Shown piece after piece: positions 34,041 to 44,260 of a stretch of DNA of 64,000 nucleotides (its first letter is position 1; every line of letters begins with the position of its first letter). The translations under genes and the position numbers were made by a program. The DNA lies in the NCBI GenBank assembly GCA_965233865.1, contig OZ247587.1:1675546-1739545 (forward strand). Reading direction: 5' to 3'. The notes under the pieces are model-generated. The model was not told the DNA's origin. It saw nothing but the letters and a program-made list of their open reading frames with translations, and made no database searches. The DNA is from Candidatus Neptunichlamydia sp. Its GTDB lineage: Bacteria; Chlamydiota; Chlamydiia; Chlamydiales; Simkaniaceae.

Positions 34041-36887
34041 TTGGGTTGCCAAGGAATTTCTATGTCGGTAATAAAAAAAATTAAAGGATCGAATAAAGGT
34101 TTTCGGTCTTTCAAGAATACATTTAAGAAGAGAATGGATCAGCCTGAAAAACCACAAGAACCAAGGAAGCGTTTTCCTGGAGGGTTCTTATTATTTCTAT
34201 TGGCCGCTATCTTAATCATTCTGACAGTACAAAATCTGTCGAGTGATAAAGGGGGAAAGGTTTCGTTTAGCCACCAAGTGGAGCACTTGGTCAATCTCGA
34301 TTTAATTCATAAAGATGATAGTCGAAAGATTGCCCAAAATGATAACCTTGTGACTTTTACAGGTAAATTTAAAGAACGACTCAGCGATGAAGCTAAAACA
34401 CGTTATCGCTATTTGGAACTTCTCAATGATAGTTACCTACTTAAAGAAAAATATGGTTCTCTATCAGAGAACTTATCTTCTCTACAGGGTGATGTAGAGA
34501 AAGCTGCTGAGAGATTTCTTGTCTTGAGTGGGACTCCTATTCCAAAAGGAGGATTTAGTGTCATTGGCCCTTTTTATAATACTCAGAAAAGGCAAAACAG
34601 TGTGATAATTTACTCCCTCCCTGAAAAGAGTGAAATGAGCCTAACTGAGTTGCAAGCTGAGTATCGATCTGCCTCTCAGATCTCTACAAATAAATTTGTT
34701 AGGGAGTTTGGTGAACACCTTGAGAAGCTTATTCAAAGTTATAAATCACCGATCTTAGGGATTGGAAGTGAAGCAATGAAGCAAGAGCTTCGTGTAGCTG
34801 AGACAGATGTCGGGCAAGCGCTTGAAAACAATGATATGCCTCAGGAGGCTTTGGCGACATATCAATCAGGACTTATTGCATTGAACCAAATTACTCTGGA
34901 GCTATTAAAATCGGACAATCACATTAAATTAATTGACCTTAGAAGTGTTCGAAATTATCGCTACGAGCTGGGTCAATATCAGGAAGTGTTTGCTGCCATT
35001 GATGATAATAAGGCGCAACTTGATAAATCTAGGAAGAGCGTTTCTGACGTGACATGGTTTTTTAATAATAAGGAGCTTTCAACGAAAGCTTTAGAAAAAC
35101 AGAGTCCTGAAGCATTTTCTCTTTGGTTTGCTCAGGGGAAGAAAGAGTGGGGAGCGTTTGCTGGGAACATGGGGACCCTTTTCAAAGCACCTGACCAACC
35201 TCGTAACCTTGTGTTGGAAAAGACGTTTAAAAGCCAGGAACCTTCACCAAATTATCTAAGCTATATTTTCTTGACGATCTTTCCAATCGTCATTGTCCTT
35301 CTCGTTCTATACTTCATCTTTTCAAGACAAATGAAGGGAATGGGGTCGGGCGGTGCAATGAACTTCGGGAAATCCCCAGCAAAGATGCTCAACAAGAGCA
35401 TGCATAAAATGACTTTTAAGGATGTTGCAGGGGTTGTAGAGGCTAAAGAAGAGCTTCAAGAAGTTGTTGATTTCCTAAAAGACCCCTCAAAGTTTACCGC
35501 ACTCGGTGCACGCATTCCTAAAGGGGTTCTATTGGTTGGTCCTCCGGGAACAGGAAAAACCTTGATTGCAAAAGCGGTAGCTGGAGAGGCAGACCGTCCC
35601 TTCTTCTCGATTTCAGGTTCTGATTTTGTCGAGATGTTTGTGGGTGTTGGCGCTAGTAGGATCAGGGATCTCTTTGGCCAAGCAAAGAAGAATGCCCCTT
35701 GTATTGTCTTTATTGATGAGATTGATGCTGTGGGACGTCACCGGGGTGCCGGAATTGGTGGTGGACACGATGAAAGAGAACAGACTTTGAACCAACTGCT
35801 TGTTGAGATGGATGGATTTGACACCAATGAAGGAGTCATCTTAATGGCTGCAACAAACCGTCCAGATGTTCTTGATAAGGCGCTGCTTAGACCTGGCCGC
35901 TTCGATCGAAATGTGATTCTTGACCTTCCCGATATAAAGGGGCGCTTTGAGATATTGAAGGTCCATGCGAAAAAGATTAAGCTCGATGTGGATGTTGAGC
36001 TTATGGATGTTGCTAGGGCAACTCCTGGATCTTCGGGTGCTGATCTGATGAATATTCTAAATGAAGCCGCTTTGCTTGCAGCGCGCAAAGGGCGCAGTGC
36101 TGTGATCCACCAAGATACCCTTGATGCATGCGATAAAGTAAAATATGGGAAAGAAAGGCGCAGTTTAGAACTTGGTGAAAAAGAAAAGCTCCATACGGCT
36201 TTTCACGAATCAGGACATGCTGTTGTTGGTCTGACCGTTGAGAGGGGAGACCCTATTGAAAAAGTTACAATTATTCCACGAGGTTTCTCTCTTGGGGCGA
36301 CCCATTTTGTTCCTGAGAAGAATAAGGTTAGCTACTGGAGAAAAGAACTTATCGATCGACTTGCTATTTTGATGGGTGGGCGTGTTGCAGAAAATCTCTT
36401 TGTTGGGGATATCTCAAGCGGCGCTCAGATGGATATTTCTCAAGCGACCAAGCTTGCAAGAAGCATGGTGTGTCAGTGGGGGATGAACACAGCTCTTGGT
36501 CCGGTTGCTTATGACGAGAGGTCTGAAGAGGGAAGCTATGCAATGCCAGGACAGGCCTCCAAGAACTACTCTGAAGAAACGGCAAAGCAAATCGATTCAG
36601 AAGTGCGCAACCTTCTTGAGGAAGCCAATGCTTTTGCAAACAAGATTCTTGATGAGAACAAAGACAAAGCTCAGCTTATGGCGGATATGCTTATTGAGTT
36701 CGAGTCCTTGGATAAAGAAGATGTTCATACGATCATGGATGGCAGCTGGGATGCAGAGAAGAAGCGCGAAAAGCTCAAAGCAATGGTCGAAGCTCATCGT
36801 AAGATTCCACCACCACCACCTTCAGGTGATGAAGAGGAGTCTAAAAAAGGCGAAGATCTAGGGCCCCCTGCGCCGCAGGGAGTTTAG
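34041..36887 (+). CDS. ftsH: ATP-dependent zinc metalloprotease FtsH, long form with a ~340-aa periplasmic insert
   Basis: [33 protein letters not shown] region, HESGHAV zinc site. TM1 is at about aa 46-64 and TM2 at about aa 405-428. An alternative start is the ATG at 34062. Confidence 0.95.
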   Translation: MGCQGISMSVIKKIKGSNKGFRSFKNTFKKRMDQPEKPQEPRKRFPGGFLLFLLAAILIILTVQNLSSDKGGKVSFSHQVEHLVNLDLIHKDDSRKIAQNDNLVTFTGKFKERLSDEAKTRYRYLELLNDSYLLKEKYGSLSENLSSLQGDVEKAAERFLVLSGTPIPKGGFSVIGPFYNTQKRQNSVIIYSLPEKSEMSLTELQAEYRSASQISTNKFVREFGEHLEKLIQSYKSPILGIGSEAMKQELRVAETDVGQALENNDMPQEALATYQSGLIALNQITLELLKSDNHIKLIDLRSVRNYRYELGQYQEVFAAIDDNKAQLDKSRKSVSDVTWFFNNKELSTKALEKQSPEAFSLWFAQGKKEWGAFAGNMGTLFKAPDQPRNLVLEKTFKSQEPSPNYLSYIFLTIFPIVIVLLVLYFIFSRQMKGMGSGGAMNFGKSPAKMLNKSMHKMTFKDVAGVVEAKEELQEVVDFLKDPSKFTALGARIPKGVLLVGPPGTGKTLIAKAVAGEADRPFFSISGSDFVEMFVGVGASRIRDLFGQAKKNAPCIVFIDEIDAVGRHRGAGIGGGHDEREQTLNQLLVEMDGFDTNEGVILMAATNRPDVLDKALLRPGRFDRNVILDLPDIKGRFEILKVHAKKIKLDVDVELMDVARATPGSSGADLMNILNEAALLAARKGRSAVIHQDTLDACDKVKYGKERRSLELGEKEKLHTAFHESGHAVVGLTVERGDPIEKVTIIPRGFSLGATHFVPEKNKVSYWRKELIDRLAILMGGRVAENLFVGDISSGAQMDISQATKLARSMVCQWGMNTALGPVAYDERSEEGSYAMPGQASKNYSEETAKQIDSEVRNLLEEANAFANKILDENKDKAQLMADMLIEFESLDKEDVHTIMDGSWDAEKKREKLKAMVEAHRKIPPPPPSGDEEESKKGEDLGPPAPQGV

Positions 36888-36963
36888 ACAGTGTTGTCAA
36901 GTAATTCTTATTGAAAGGGTTCTTTGACGACACCATCTAGCATTCACAATTCATTCCGACTTT

Positions 36964-37170
36964 TTAGATGCTAAGTAATACTAACCGCTGACGGGAACAT
37001 AAAGACCGGACTAGGGTTGGATTATCTGAAAATTCATTCCATGCTTCGCAACATGGATTAAATAAATCTTCATCATCTCTAAAACATCGATTTGAAAGAT
37101 GAGATCTCTTCAAGTACTTCTAAATTTGCTCACAAGGATTGAGTTCAGGTGATGCCAGAGGAAGGGGCAT
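36964..37170 (-). pseudogene. IS630/Tc1-mariner-family transposase C-terminal remnant
   Basis: My minus-strand translation gives PLPLASPELNPCEQI*, which matches the family's LPPYSPELNPIE motif. After that in-frame stop it continues as KYLKRSHLSNRCFRDDEDLFNPCCEAWNEFSDNP. No N-terminal half is present. Confidence 0.6.
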
Positions 37171-37539
37171 CAGTGTCAGATTTGCAGACTAGTTGAAATC
37201 AAGAAGAGGTTATCACTGTATCAATAAAATTTTCAATTAGTATAACTCAATTGTTATATTTTCTTGAAGGGCATATCCAATTTCAGTACTCCCTGGAAAC
37301 CCTATTTATTCCATAGGTAGTATAGCTAAAACAACTCACTTTAGCTATATCAATCCAATATCTATAGAATTTTTTATCAATGGACAGCACAATCTATTGA
37401 GAATTACACGTATTCTCTCTAGATCTTGCTATTGAATTTTATAATTAATTAAAGGGGCCTTTATTAAGGTCCTAAAAAACTAGATTTCTCTAGGGTTATT
37501 ATTGAATTCTTAATGCCCCCTTTGAAGGAGGCGTAGTAT

Positions 37540-39657
37540 TTATTTTGCAACAGGTGCTTCGAGAAGTGCCTTGCGGCTAAGGCGGATTTTTCCGTTGCGA
37601 TCAATTTCAAGGACTTTCACCTCAATCTCATCACCTTCTTTGAAGTGATCATCAATATTATTGACGCGCTCATGAGCAATCTCTGAGATGTGGCAAAGCC
37701 CTTGAACATTTAGGAAAGCAACAAAAAGACCGAAGTCTTTAATCGTGACAACTTTTCCTTTGTAGGTCTTACCGATCTCAGCCTCTGCTGTAAGATCGTG
37801 GACGATTTGGCGTGCTCGGGCCATTCCTTCAGCAGAGTTAGAAGCAATGCTCACATAGCCATTATCATCGATATTGATGTCAACACCTGTCTCTTCAACA
37901 ATTGCGCGGATCTGTTTTCCTCCAGGACCAATAATCGTGCCGATTTGGCTTGGTTTGACTTTGATGGTTTCAATTCGCGGTGCATATTGAGACAAGTCAT
38001 CTTTCGATTTAGGGCAGGCTTCAAGCATCTTATTGAGTATGTGGACACGTCCTTCTTTTGCTTGAGCAAGTGCAATTTTCATGATTTGTTTGTTGATGCC
38101 TTCAACCTTGATATCTAGTTGGAAGGCTGTAATTCCCTTCTCATCACCAGCGATTTTAAAGTCCATATCACCAAGAGCATCTTCCATTCCTAAGATGTCA
38201 GAGAGAATTGCGTAGTTTTCACCCTCAAGAATTAATCCCATTGCAATTCCTGCGATCGGGCGTTTGATTGGAACTCCTGCTTCCATCATGGATAGGCATC
38301 CACCACAAACAGCGGCCATTGAAGAGGAACCATTAGATTCGGTAGTATTGGACTCAAGGCGTATGGTGTAAGGAAATGAATCTTTCTTAGGGACGATCGC
38401 TTGAAGCGAGCGTTCAGCAAGTTTTCCGTGTCCTATTTCTCGTCTTCCTGGAGAACCCATGCGTCCCACTTCGCCTACTGAGTAAGGAGGGAAGGAGTAC
38501 TGGAGGTAAAAATTGCGAAGTCCATCTGAATAGTCGAGGGTTTCGTAACGTTGTCCCATCGATTCACTACCAAGCGTACAGACAGAAATAGATTGCGTTT
38601 CACCGCGAGTAAACAACGTGCTACCATGAGTTCGTGGGAGGAGCCCCATTTCGATCCAAATCTGACGTACGTCGGAGGTTCCCCTTCCGTCGCACCGTTG
38701 TTTCTTTTTAAGGACCATTTGCCGCATGTGGTGGGCTGTAACTTTTTTCATTGCCATTGAAACTTCAAAAGGTTTGTATTTTGCACCTTCTTCAGGAAGA
38801 AGAGTTTCTTTAACTGTTTTACGGATAGCTGAAAGAGCATCTTCACGTACTTGCTTCTCAACAATGCGAATGGCATCTTGCAAGGGAGTTTCCATGATCG
38901 CGTTCACATCTTCTTTCAGTCCTTCAGGAAGGAATCTTAGGTCTGCACGGTTTTTCTCTTTCCCAACAACCTGCTGCCAATCCGAAAGCTTTTGGCAGAT
39001 CGTTTTAATCGCTTCATGGCCTTCATCAATCGAATCCATGATCTGATCTTCATCCAAGAAATCGCAATAGCCTTCGATCATTAAGATTGCATCTTCTGTA
39101 CCAGCTAAGAGTAGGTCGAGAACAGAGCTTTCCATTTCTTCTTTAGTTGGATTGATGACAAATCTTCCTTCAATCATACCGACACGGACTGCTGCAATTG
39201 GCTTAATAAAGGGGATTTCAGAAATAACAAGTGCGGCAGCAGCTGCACAAATTGCTAGGGGCTCTGTTGGATTAACGCCATCATATGAGAGAACTTTTGT
39301 GATCACTTGGGTATCATTATAGTATCCATCTTCAAACATTGGGCGGATAGGTCTGTCAGTGAGGCGACAAGTGAGGACTTCTTTCTCACTTGGTCTTCCT
39401 TCTCGTTTGATAAAGCCACCAAGGGTTTTCCCTGCTGAGGAGAATTTTTCTTGGTAGTCGACCCTCAAAGGAAGGAAGTCCACCTCATCAAGAGGAGCTC
39501 CCATGCAAGCAGTAGATAAGAGCATTGTGTCCCCGGAGCGAATCATGACAGATCCACCTGCTTGGCGGGCGATTTTTCCTGTTTCGAATGAAATTTCCTT
39601 TCCGCCTACTGAGACGGTGATCGACTGAGCTTCGAGATTTTGCTGTTTTGATTCCAT
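37540..39657 (-). CDS. pnp: Polyribonucleotide nucleotidyltransferase (PNPase)
   Basis: Two RNase PH domains, a KH domain (IGTIIGPGGKQIR) and a C-terminal S1 domain (GKVVTIKDFGLFV). 705 aa. Confidence 0.95.
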   Translation of the reverse strand: MESKQQNLEAQSITVSVGGKEISFETGKIARQAGGSVMIRSGDTMLLSTACMGAPLDEVDFLPLRVDYQEKFSSAGKTLGGFIKREGRPSEKEVLTCRLTDRPIRPMFEDGYYNDTQVITKVLSYDGVNPTEPLAICAAAAALVISEIPFIKPIAAVRVGMIEGRFVINPTKEEMESSVLDLLLAGTEDAILMIEGYCDFLDEDQIMDSIDEGHEAIKTICQKLSDWQQVVGKEKNRADLRFLPEGLKEDVNAIMETPLQDAIRIVEKQVREDALSAIRKTVKETLLPEEGAKYKPFEVSMAMKKVTAHHMRQMVLKKKQRCDGRGTSDVRQIWIEMGLLPRTHGSTLFTRGETQSISVCTLGSESMGQRYETLDYSDGLRNFYLQYSFPPYSVGEVGRMGSPGRREIGHGKLAERSLQAIVPKKDSFPYTIRLESNTTESNGSSSMAAVCGGCLSMMEAGVPIKRPIAGIAMGLILEGENYAILSDILGMEDALGDMDFKIAGDEKGITAFQLDIKVEGINKQIMKIALAQAKEGRVHILNKMLEACPKSKDDLSQYAPRIETIKVKPSQIGTIIGPGGKQIRAIVEETGVDINIDDNGYVSIASNSAEGMARARQIVHDLTAEAEIGKTYKGKVVTIKDFGLFVAFLNVQGLCHISEIAHERVNNIDDHFKEGDEIEVKVLEIDRNGKIRLSRKALLEAPVAK

Positions 39658-39726
39658 GGGACTCCTATTACTGGGTGAGGATCGAGTTTATCAGGAAGAT
39701 ATAATAGATGCAAGAAAGGAAATTTT

Positions 39727-39760
39727 AAAAAAGTCCTAGGAGGAGACTCTCCTAGGACTT
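39727..39760 (-). terminator. Hairpin/terminator between rpsO and pnp
   Basis: 9-bp arms AGTCCTAGG / CCTAGGACT (39732-39740 and 39751-39759), followed on the minus strand by a T6 run. Confidence 0.6.
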
Positions 39761-39772
39761 GAATTTAAGATT

Positions 39773-40042
39773 TTACTTACGAAGATTCAGACGATTAATG
39801 AGCGTTTGATAACGCTTGGTATCCGTTGAATTTAAGTAATCAAGAAGCTTACGTCGTTGGCCAACTAGCTTGAGAAGGGCAAGCCGAGAGGCGTGATCCT
39901 TCGGAGCGAGCTTCAAGTGGTCTGTAAGCTCTGTGATTCTTTCAGTAAGGATGGCAATCTGTACATCAGCTGAGCCAGTATCCTTCTCGTGAAGTTGAAA
40001 CTTCTTAGTAATTTCTTCTTTAGTACCTTTATCTAAAGACAT
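39773..40042 (-). CDS. rpsO: 30S ribosomal protein S15
   Basis: [50 protein letters not shown]. Confidence 0.95.
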   Translation of the reverse strand: MSLDKGTKEEITKKFQLHEKDTGSADVQIAILTERITELTDHLKLAPKDHASRLALLKLVGQRRKLLDYLNSTDTKRYQTLINRLNLRK

Positions 40043-40210
40043 TTATTTATACTCCCGATATAGACATTATTGTTAGACAGGACTTAGACATAAATTCATC
40101 ATGTGACGGCCTTCATTGTACCAAGGGTGGATATATATTTCAAGCCAAGGGTTATTCAAACTATCTTTTACCTTCACGGTCAATCTTTTTTGGGTTATAA
40201 TGTGCCTGAT

Positions 40211-40702
40211 ATGGATAAGATTTTTTTTGATACAAAGATGATGGAAGAAGCGCTTAAGGAAGCGCAAAAAGCCTACGATCTAGACGAAGTCCCTGTTGGC
40301 GCTATTCTCACACACCATGGAAAAGTCCTTTCCAGAGCTTATAATCAGATGGAGGGGCTGAGAGATCCTTCCGCTCATGCTGAACTCCTTTGTATTCGTG
40401 AGGGAGCGCGTTTCCTAGGAGATTGGCGTCTTTTAGAGACAACTCTTTATACAACCCTAGAGCCCTGCCTTATGTGCGCCGGGGCTCTTCTTCTGGCTCG
40501 CGTGGGCCGTATTGTCTACGGAGCAGCAGATTTGCGCCATGGAGCTCATGGAAGTTACTTAAATGTCTTTGAGAAAAAACATCCGACCCACACCACTCAG
40601 ATAGAAGGAGGGCTTCTCGAAGCTCAATCTGCCAAACTAATGAAAAATTTTTTTAAACAGCGAAGGAAAAAAAATGAAGCAGCAGTTGAAAACCCTCTTT
40701 AA
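40211..40702 (+). CDS. tadA: tRNA adenosine(34) deaminase
   Basis: EVPVGAIL, HAELLCI and PCLMCAGAL zinc motifs. The start is placed at the ATG at 40211, although the tracked ORF begins at 40103. Confidence 0.85.
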   Translation: MDKIFFDTKMMEEALKEAQKAYDLDEVPVGAILTHHGKVLSRAYNQMEGLRDPSAHAELLCIREGARFLGDWRLLETTLYTTLEPCLMCAGALLLARVGRIVYGAADLRHGAHGSYLNVFEKKHPTHTTQIEGGLLEAQSAKLMKNFFKQRRKKNEAAVENPL

Positions 40703-40904
40703 TGAGCTTATCGATTTTCAAGAAAAGAAGCTCCTGAGCTGCGCAGCCACAATTATTCCGAATATTACAACTGATGACATCCTCCAACCTAATGATTATC
40801 CTGAGCTAGAAAACCATCCCTTTTTTCGGTATGAAGAAGGTGTGCTCAAAGGGCTTCATTCTGCAAAAATGGCAGTTTTAGCTCAGCAGAAAGAGATCTA
40901 TTAG
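40674..40904 (+). CDS. Hypothetical small protein (76 aa)
   Basis: ORF overlapping the tadA 3' end by 29 nt on the same strand. No motif recognised. Confidence 0.35.
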   Translation: MKQQLKTLFNELIDFQEKKLLSCAATIIPNITTDDILQPNDYPELENHPFFRYEEGVLKGLHSAKMAVLAQQKEIY

Positions 40905-40948
40905 ATAGTCTTACTTAAAAGCAACGTAGTGTATTCGATGACACTATC

Positions 40949-41866
40949 TTAGGATTGGATGCGGGAGATGCGCCACATGCGGAAACGCTCGCGTATTGTA
41001 AGGGAAGCTTTTCCTTCTTGAGAAATTTTATCGAGGCATGCATCCATGAATTCGTTGTCGTTGATAATAGCTTTTCCAGTCTTGAAATCGTAAACTTTTG
41101 AGGATTGCACTTTGATATCAACAACCTTTTTAAAGCGCGCCCGCATCTTTCGTTTGAAATAGATAATGCGCTTTTCTATCTTGTGTAGACGATAGAACGG
41201 CCCAAGGATTTCCCAGGCAAGCACAGAATAAAAATATCCGTAGAGCATGGCTCCAAGAGTTACGAGGAATGAGAGAGAGTTTCCATTAGAGAAATCAAGA
41301 AAGAGGTTTACAGCAATCAGGCCAAAAACAAGCCATTTTGCGCGAACCGGGAAGAGTAAAAAGAGCATAACATTGGCTTCAGGAAAGAGAAATGCCCAGG
41401 CAATGAGTAAGATGTAGATGGATGTTATAGCGCCTGCAAAAGGGAGCGCAGATCCAACAAGGAATAGACACATGTAGGCGATCAGGCCAACAAAAATGGC
41501 GCCACCAAAGTAGAGGCCTATAAAATGTTTCTTGCCACGGTCCTGAATTAGAGAAGAGCCAATTGCCCATAGCAAATAGAGGTTAAAAAAGACATGGAGG
41601 ATAAGGGCCATGGAAATCCCTCCACCAGCAAGGGGCTGAATGAAGAGGTAAGAGATAAATTGCCAAATAAAAAAATTGCGAATACCCCACGTTGTTAGGC
41701 TGAATAGGTGTTGAGGGCTGTAGGTGTGAAAAACTTGTGTAAAAAGATCGTTTGAAATGAGCGAGAAAAAACTTAAAATAAGCGTCGCAATAATTGTCCA
41801 TTTGATAATTTTCGGGGTAGCCCTGGGGCCTAAACGAAATGCTTGAGAGTTGTCCATCATATCCAA
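40949..41866 (-). CDS. Rhomboid-like membrane protein, possibly catalytically inactive
   Basis: Six predicted TM helices. HVFFN (HxxxN) and [11 protein letters not shown] motifs are present in rhomboid order. I see no clear GxSG serine motif and no His in the last TM helix. A ~90-aa basic C-terminal tail follows. Confidence 0.5.
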   Translation of the reverse strand: MDMMDNSQAFRLGPRATPKIIKWTIIATLILSFFSLISNDLFTQVFHTYSPQHLFSLTTWGIRNFFIWQFISYLFIQPLAGGGISMALILHVFFNLYLLWAIGSSLIQDRGKKHFIGLYFGGAIFVGLIAYMCLFLVGSALPFAGAITSIYILLIAWAFLFPEANVMLFLLFPVRAKWLVFGLIAVNLFLDFSNGNSLSFLVTLGAMLYGYFYSVLAWEILGPFYRLHKIEKRIIYFKRKMRARFKKVVDIKVQSSKVYDFKTGKAIINDNEFMDACLDKISQEGKASLTIRERFRMWRISRIQS

Positions 41867-41973
41867 AGATTACCATATTCATGAATAAAAAATCAGTTTT
41901 TATGTTGTTTTTTATCTTCAAAAGAGGTTTAATCCCTCAGGAAAAACGACGATTATTATCAAAGGAATTTTCA

Positions 41974-42333
41974 ATGAAGAAAGAAGGCCACCCTCCTTAC
42001 CAGGACATCCTATTTGTAGATACAGCTACTGGACATAAATTTGTTTGTGGAAGCACCTTGCAGCCCAAGGAAACTGATACTTACGAGGGAGAAAAGTACC
42101 CAGTCTATAAAGTGCCCATTTCTTCTGCTTCTCATCCTTTCTTTACCGGAAGTCAGCAATTTGTTGATTCCGAAGGACGGGTTGATAAGTTTAAAAAACG
42201 TTACAGCCGGAAACCTCAGGCAGAAAAGCAAGCTCAAAACAAAGAGCAAGAAGATCAGGGAAAGAAAAAACCTGCTGCTAAAAAAACTGTTGTCAGAAAA
42301 ACTGCGACGAAAAAAACTCCTCCTAAGGAGTAA
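41974..42333 (+). CDS. rpmE: 50S ribosomal protein L31 (type B-like) with lysine-rich C-terminal tail
   Basis: [19 protein letters not shown].......[11 protein letters not shown]...[14 protein letters not shown]. Start at the ATG at 41974. Confidence 0.85.
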   Translation: MKKEGHPPYQDILFVDTATGHKFVCGSTLQPKETDTYEGEKYPVYKVPISSASHPFFTGSQQFVDSEGRVDKFKKRYSRKPQAEKQAQNKEQEDQGKKKPAAKKTVVRKTATKKTPPKE

Positions 42334-42335
42334 TT

Positions 42336-43400
42336 TTGGAACAGAAACTGCAGGGGCTCTTGAATCGTTTTGAAGAGGTTGAAGCTGCCTTAGGCGCTCC
42401 CGGCATTCATTCGGATCAAAAGAAGTTTAGAGAGCTCTCGCAAGAGCATTCTTACTTATCGGATCTCAAGGATGTTTACGAGCAGTTTCAAACCAGTAAA
42501 AAAGACCTTGGAAATAATCAGAATCTCCTAAAAGAAGAAAAAGACCCTGAATTTTCCGAGGTCATTCGTGAAGAAATTGAGAGTCTTAAGGAAAAAATAG
42601 CAAATCTGCAAGCTAAAATTGAAACTCTTCTTGTCCCTCCCGATCCTAACGATCATGCTAATGTGATTATGGAGATCCGCGCAGGAACAGGAGGTGATGA
42701 AGCAGCAATCTTTGTAGGAGATTGCGTACGCATGTACCGCCTCTTTGCTGATAAAATGGGATGGAAGTATGAAACCCTTTCACTTGCAGTTTCTGAAGCA
42801 GGGGGGTATAAAGAATATGTCATCTCTCTCACTGGGAAAAACGTTCATCGTCACCTCCAATATGAAGCAGGAATACACCGCGTTCAACGGGTTCCTGTAA
42901 CCGAGACACAAGGGCGAGTTCATACCTCGGTAATCACAGTTGCTGTCTTAATGGAGCCTACTGAAGAAGAAAAAATTGTGATCGATGAGAGTGAGCTAAA
43001 AATCGATACATACCGTGCATCAGGAGCTGGTGGGCAGCACGTTAACACAACTGACTCTGCTGTTCGGATTACGCACGTCCCTTCGGGTGTTGTTGTTTAC
43101 TGCCAAGAAGAACGTTCACAGCACAAAAACAAAGAAAAAGCTCTTCGAGTTCTTGTGGCCAAGCTTGCTGAAGAACAGCGGCGCAAGCTACACGAGGAGC
43201 GGGCTTCACTTCGCTCAAGCCAAGTTGGCACAGGCGACCGCTCTGGGAGAATTCGCACTTATAACTATTCCCAAAATCGGGTGACCGATCATCGCATTAA
43301 TCTTACTCTTTATAAGCTAGATCAAATCATGGAAGGGGACTTATCTGAGATGACAGAAGCTCTTATTGGGCATTTCTATCAGGAAAAGCTTCATGCGTAA
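42336..43400 (+). CDS. prfA: Peptide chain release factor 1
   Basis: PVTETQGR (PxT tripeptide motif region), SGAGGQHVN (GGQ motif), TTG start. Confidence 0.95.
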   Translation: MEQKLQGLLNRFEEVEAALGAPGIHSDQKKFRELSQEHSYLSDLKDVYEQFQTSKKDLGNNQNLLKEEKDPEFSEVIREEIESLKEKIANLQAKIETLLVPPDPNDHANVIMEIRAGTGGDEAAIFVGDCVRMYRLFADKMGWKYETLSLAVSEAGGYKEYVISLTGKNVHRHLQYEAGIHRVQRVPVTETQGRVHTSVITVAVLMEPTEEEKIVIDESELKIDTYRASGAGGQHVNTTDSAVRITHVPSGVVVYCQEERSQHKNKEKALRVLVAKLAEEQRRKLHEERASLRSSQVGTGDRSGRIRTYNYSQNRVTDHRINLTLYKLDQIMEGDLSEMTEALIGHFYQEKLHA

Positions 43401-44235
43401 TATCCGCGAGCTTGTTAAGCTTTCCACGGATTTTCTAGAAAAGAAAGGCGTTTCCCATGCGCGGCGCGTGGCTGAAGAGCTTCTTGCAGCCCTTCTTAAT
43501 CAGAAACGATTAGAGCTCTACTTTGATTATGATGCACCCGTTGAAGAAAATGAGGTTGTAAAGTACCGAGAGTGGATTAAGAGGAAAGGGAATAAAGAAC
43601 CTCTAGCATATATTCTAGGAGAAGTGGAGTTTTTGGGCCTTACCCTTAAGGTGAACTCAGAAACCCTTATTCCAAGACAAGAAACGGAAATCCTTGCTGA
43701 CCTAGTGGTGAAATCTTTTCCTAAAGAATCTTGTATTGTTTGGGATCTCTGTACAGGAAGTGGATGTCTTGGGCTTGCAATTAAGAACAAGCGTGCAGAC
43801 TGCTCTGTTAGCCTCTCAGACATTTCCACAGAAGCGCTTGCTGTTGCAAGAGAAAATGCACTTTTAAACGAGCTTGCTGTTGAGATTATTGAGGGAGACT
43901 TACTAGCCCCTTTTAAGGGAAAGAAATGTGACATTTTAGTCTGTAACCCTCCTTATATCACTCAGGATGAATATGAAGAATTAGAAGATGAGGTGCGCCT
44001 CTATGAGCCCAAACGAGCCTTAGTAGGTGAAAGTGACTTCTATGAGCAGTTATCGCTAGATCTTCCTGCCTACCTTAACCCAGGTGCAAAACTTTTTTTT
44101 GAGATAGGGGCGGGCCAAGGGGGAGTTCTTCATGCTCTATTTAATCAAAGTCATTGGAAACAAAAGCGGTGTGAAAAAGATTGGGCCGGTCATGACCGTT
44201 TCTTTTTCCTTGAGTATCACCCAAAAACAGAGTAA
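43393..44235 (+). CDS. prmC: Release-factor glutamine N5-methyltransferase
   Basis: [18 protein letters not shown] (SAM site), NPPY catalytic motif. The ATG at 43393 overlaps the prfA stop codon. Confidence 0.85.
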   Translation: MRNIRELVKLSTDFLEKKGVSHARRVAEELLAALLNQKRLELYFDYDAPVEENEVVKYREWIKRKGNKEPLAYILGEVEFLGLTLKVNSETLIPRQETEILADLVVKSFPKESCIVWDLCTGSGCLGLAIKNKRADCSVSLSDISTEALAVARENALLNELAVEIIEGDLLAPFKGKKCDILVCNPPYITQDEYEELEDEVRLYEPKRALVGESDFYEQLSLDLPAYLNPGAKLFFEIGAGQGGVLHALFNQSHWKQKRCEKDWAGHDRFFFLEYHPKTE

Positions 44236-44260
44236 AATAGATTCTTTCAAGGAGTACTGA

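Noticed and set aside
35613-36861. Alternative-frame and antisense ORFs inside ftsH, for example the 121-aa ORF at 36496-36861
   Set aside because: They lie within the FtsH protease domain coding region and have no independent support.
28010-39760. The rpsI and rpsO terminators share AGTCCT...AGGACT hairpin arms, considered as a dispersed repeat family
   Set aside because: I found only two occurrences, and only 6-7 nt are shared. Chance similarity between GC-rich terminator stems is likely.
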